Under the pieces are notes generated by a model. That model was given only the letters and a program-made list of their open reading frames with translations, was not told the DNA's origin and did not search any database. Both the position numbers and the translations under genes were made by a program. This document shows positions 30,665-32,678 of a DNA stretch of 32,678 bases, piece by piece; within the stretch, counting starts at the first letter, position 1; every line of letters starts with the position of its first letter. Source of the DNA: Gammaproteobacteria bacterium (GTDB lineage: Bacteria > Pseudomonadota > Gammaproteobacteria > Methylococcales > Methylomonadaceae); NCBI GenBank assembly GCA_024276805.1, contig JAJRWJ010000240.1:1-32678 (forward strand). The letters run 5' to 3'.

Positions 30665-32678
30665 TCATAGCGCCTTGAGCAGGGCAGTATTTTCGACGTT
30701 GCGCATGGATTGCAAGGTCGGCCACAGGCCGCGAATCTGATCATCATGGTTGTACAACAGGCGATCACGCCCAGTCTCCTTGTCCTTGACTTCATACTCC
30801 AATTTTCTTGAAGCTATCTGGCAGCGTTCGGCCTCATTCTGCCATTCGGCAACCAGGGCATCGATATGCCTGTTCACCTCATCGATCTGATCGGGAGCCG
30901 ACAATCCACAGCGACGCTTGAGTTGTTCAACGGCTTTGGCAACTTGCGAATCGTCTGGATCAAAGTCAGTGGCTGCGCCATTACTCAACAAACCAACCCT
31001 ACCGTGTCGCATTACGATAACCAGCGCCGCGTGGAGGGCGCGCAAGCGAGCCTGATAGGTATAGGGCGTGACGCTGGTGGGTTCGACGAAACGGTAGAAG
31101 GCTTCATGGTAAGGGCGGAAGCTCTCGTAGTGTGACAGGCTGCGCGCCTGCTCTCGGTAGTAGTTGGCGAACACCACGCCAGGTACCTCGCTGCGCCCCA
31201 CGCGGCTACTGGCCTGAATATATTCTGCCGTGGTCAATGGCTGGCCGTTGATGATCATCAGCGCCAATCGAGCCACATCAAGTCCGACCGAGATCATATT
31301 GGTGGCCAGTACGGCGTCCAGGCAGCCATCCTCTTCGCGTGTCTTGCTCAACCGGGCAAAAATCTCTGCATTCTGCGCCGCCGTCTGCAAGCTGGTGAGC
31401 TGGGCAATGCTCGGCGTCGAGCGTTCTTGTTTCTTTGCCTTTTCGTCTTTCTGAGCCTGCGCATCCGTTGTACCAGACAATAACCGCATGAAATCGCGCA
31501 CATCGCTGGCAAAAGCCGTGTGACTGTTGCCAACGCCCTTGAGGCTGCCGTGATACACCACCTGCGTCCACCAGGCATCCAGCAGTTCCTGAGCATCCTG
31601 GTCACTCTCGAACAGCACCTGCGGTGCCAATAGCAATGCCGCCGCCAGTGGTGCCAGGCACTGCTGGCGGTTCAGCATCGGCGCCAGATAGCCTACGTAG
31701 ATTCGGCCCGGGCGTTGCTCAAGCGAAACAGTACGGGCGAAATAGGCGTCGTCGCAGTTCAGTCCCGGCGGCGGAAACACGGCGACTTCGCGTCCATACA
31801 GTCGTTTCACCTGCTGGTCCGCCATGCGGATGGTGGCCGTCGATGCGATGTACTTCGGATACACGCCGCGCACTTGAAGCACGGTATCGATAGCGGCTTC
31901 GTACAGACCGGCCACCGAACCCAACGCACTGGCAATCAGGTGCAATTCATCCTGAATGATGATTTCGGGTGGACGATATCGTGTACCGCCGAAAAATGTA
32001 TTGGCACGTTCTTCCCAGGCCAGCCTGGCGAATTTGTCCACGGTGGCGACCAGCATGGTCGGGGCTTCGGTGTACAAAGCTTCGTCAACGACATTGCAGG
32101 GCAATACCCCACCCGGGAACGCGCCAAAGTCGCAGCCCGGATTCCGGCAGAGGAAATGGAAGTGCTGTGTGGTGCTGTCATAGTTGTGCGCGGCCTCGAA
32201 GTCTTGTCCACACCAGGGACAACGATCGAGTACAAGCGCGGGCTTTTCACCCGTCGCACGCGCCTTGTTTACCAGCTCGGCAGCCTTCTGGAAGGTGTTT
32301 GGGCTGGTGGCCTCTCCCACCCACATGCCAACGGTGATCGGTGTCGATCCGAGATCATCGCGTTCACGCCGGATCAGTTCCAGCGCACAGATCAGGCGGG
32401 TTGCGCGTATGAACTGATCGCGGGTCAACAGGCGCAGAGTATAGCGCATCAGGATAGCGGTTCCGCCCCCGGTATCGGAATGATGCAGCCGACGCAGTAC
32501 GATCAGCAAGGCGATCAGGCCGAGGTAGGCTTCGGTCTTACCGCCGCCCGTCGGGAACCAGATCAGGTCAACCGTATCGCGGAATTCGCTGTCCTCGTTC
32601 GCCGTGGATTCCAGCGTAGTTAACAGGAAGGCCAACTGGAATGGACGCCAACGATAGGCATCGTCAACGCGGGACTTG
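30665..32678 (-). CDS. DrmA-like SF2 DExH helicase, partial (5' end beyond the right window edge)
   Basis: The frame stays open to the window edge (...KSRVDDAYRWRPFQLAFLLTTLES). The track's M at 32635 is an internal TTG. Motifs: WFPTGGGKTEAYLGL (motif I), IIIQDELHLI (motif II), ASTATI (III), TNMISVGLDV, QASSRVGR (VI). A CPWCGQ...CRNPGC insert is also present. Confidence 0.85.
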   Translation of the reverse strand, partial: KSRVDDAYRWRPFQLAFLLTTLESTANEDSEFRDTVDLIWFPTGGGKTEAYLGLIALLIVLRRLHHSDTGGGTAILMRYTLRLLTRDQFIRATRLICALELIRRERDDLGSTPITVGMWVGEATSPNTFQKAAELVNKARATGEKPALVLDRCPWCGQDFEAAHNYDSTTQHFHFLCRNPGCDFGAFPGGVLPCNVVDEALYTEAPTMLVATVDKFARLAWEERANTFFGGTRYRPPEIIIQDELHLIASALGSVAGLYEAAIDTVLQVRGVYPKYIASTATIRMADQQVKRLYGREVAVFPPPGLNCDDAYFARTVSLEQRPGRIYVGYLAPMLNRQQCLAPLAAALLLAPQVLFESDQDAQELLDAWWTQVVYHGSLKGVGNSHTAFASDVRDFMRLLSGTTDAQAQKDEKAKKQERSTPSIAQLTSLQTAAQNAEIFARLSKTREEDGCLDAVLATNMISVGLDVARLALMIINGQPLTTAEYIQASSRVGRSEVPGVVFANYYREQARSLSHYESFRPYHEAFYRFVEPTSVTPYTYQARLRALHAALVIVMRHGRVGLLSNGAATDFDPDDSQVAKAVEQLKRRCGLSAPDQIDEVNRHIDALVAEWQNEAERCQIASRKLEYEVKDKETGRDRLLYNHDDQIRGLWPTLQSMRNVENTALLKAL

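Noticed and set aside
1-32678. CRISPR arrays, rRNA, IS elements, transposases or integrases
   Set aside because: No regularly spaced short direct repeats, no rRNA-like segments, and no ORF with DDE, tyrosine-recombinase or serine-recombinase motifs were seen on either strand.

Overview
This looks like a proteobacterial chromosomal segment. All protein and domain calls are by-eye motif reading only; no searches were run. The character of the window changes at a tRNA-Ser(CGA)/tadA junction at about 10.2-11.0 kb.

Left part (1-11 kb), core signalling and housekeeping:
- a partial HDOD protein;
- a MerR-like gene, then a ParA-type ATPase with a C-terminal CBM48/AMPK-beta-like carbohydrate-binding module, then a P-loop-less ParA-like partner;
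- two paralogous REC-(PAS)-GGDEF-EAL c-di-GMP enzymes flanking a stand-alone CheY-like receiver;
- a small secreted protein, an MscS channel, tRNA-Ser and TadA.

Right part (11-32.7 kb), accessory/defence-island-like:
- a large MalT-like NTPase/TPR regulator with a C-terminal SARP-type wHTH+BTAD, apparently split by a frameshift;
- an operon of a tandem-repeat beta-propeller-like protein (split by a 5-bp duplication) plus a lipoprotein with TSP3-type calcium-binding repeats;
- a cassette-like array holding Phd/ParE, a ParE pseudogene, a DUF4143 AAA ATPase, TacA/TacT-like DUF1778/GNAT plus an unknown 328-aa protein, a second Phd/ParE-RelE pair, and an orphan HTH antitoxin beside a truncated killer gene. 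The cassettes are punctuated by five same-orientation copies of a roughly 100-140-bp repeat;
- at 24.5 kb to the window end, a tightly packed five-gene minus-strand operon. It encodes a DrmA-like SF2 helicase (partial), a DrmB-like DUF1998 protein, a minimal UvrD-like SF1 helicase, a 537-aa protein with no motif I recognise, and a NERD-SF1 helicase fusion.

This last operon is the best candidate for an undescribed, DISARM-related but non-canonical, defence system. No CRISPR array, rRNA, transposase or integrase was seen in the window.
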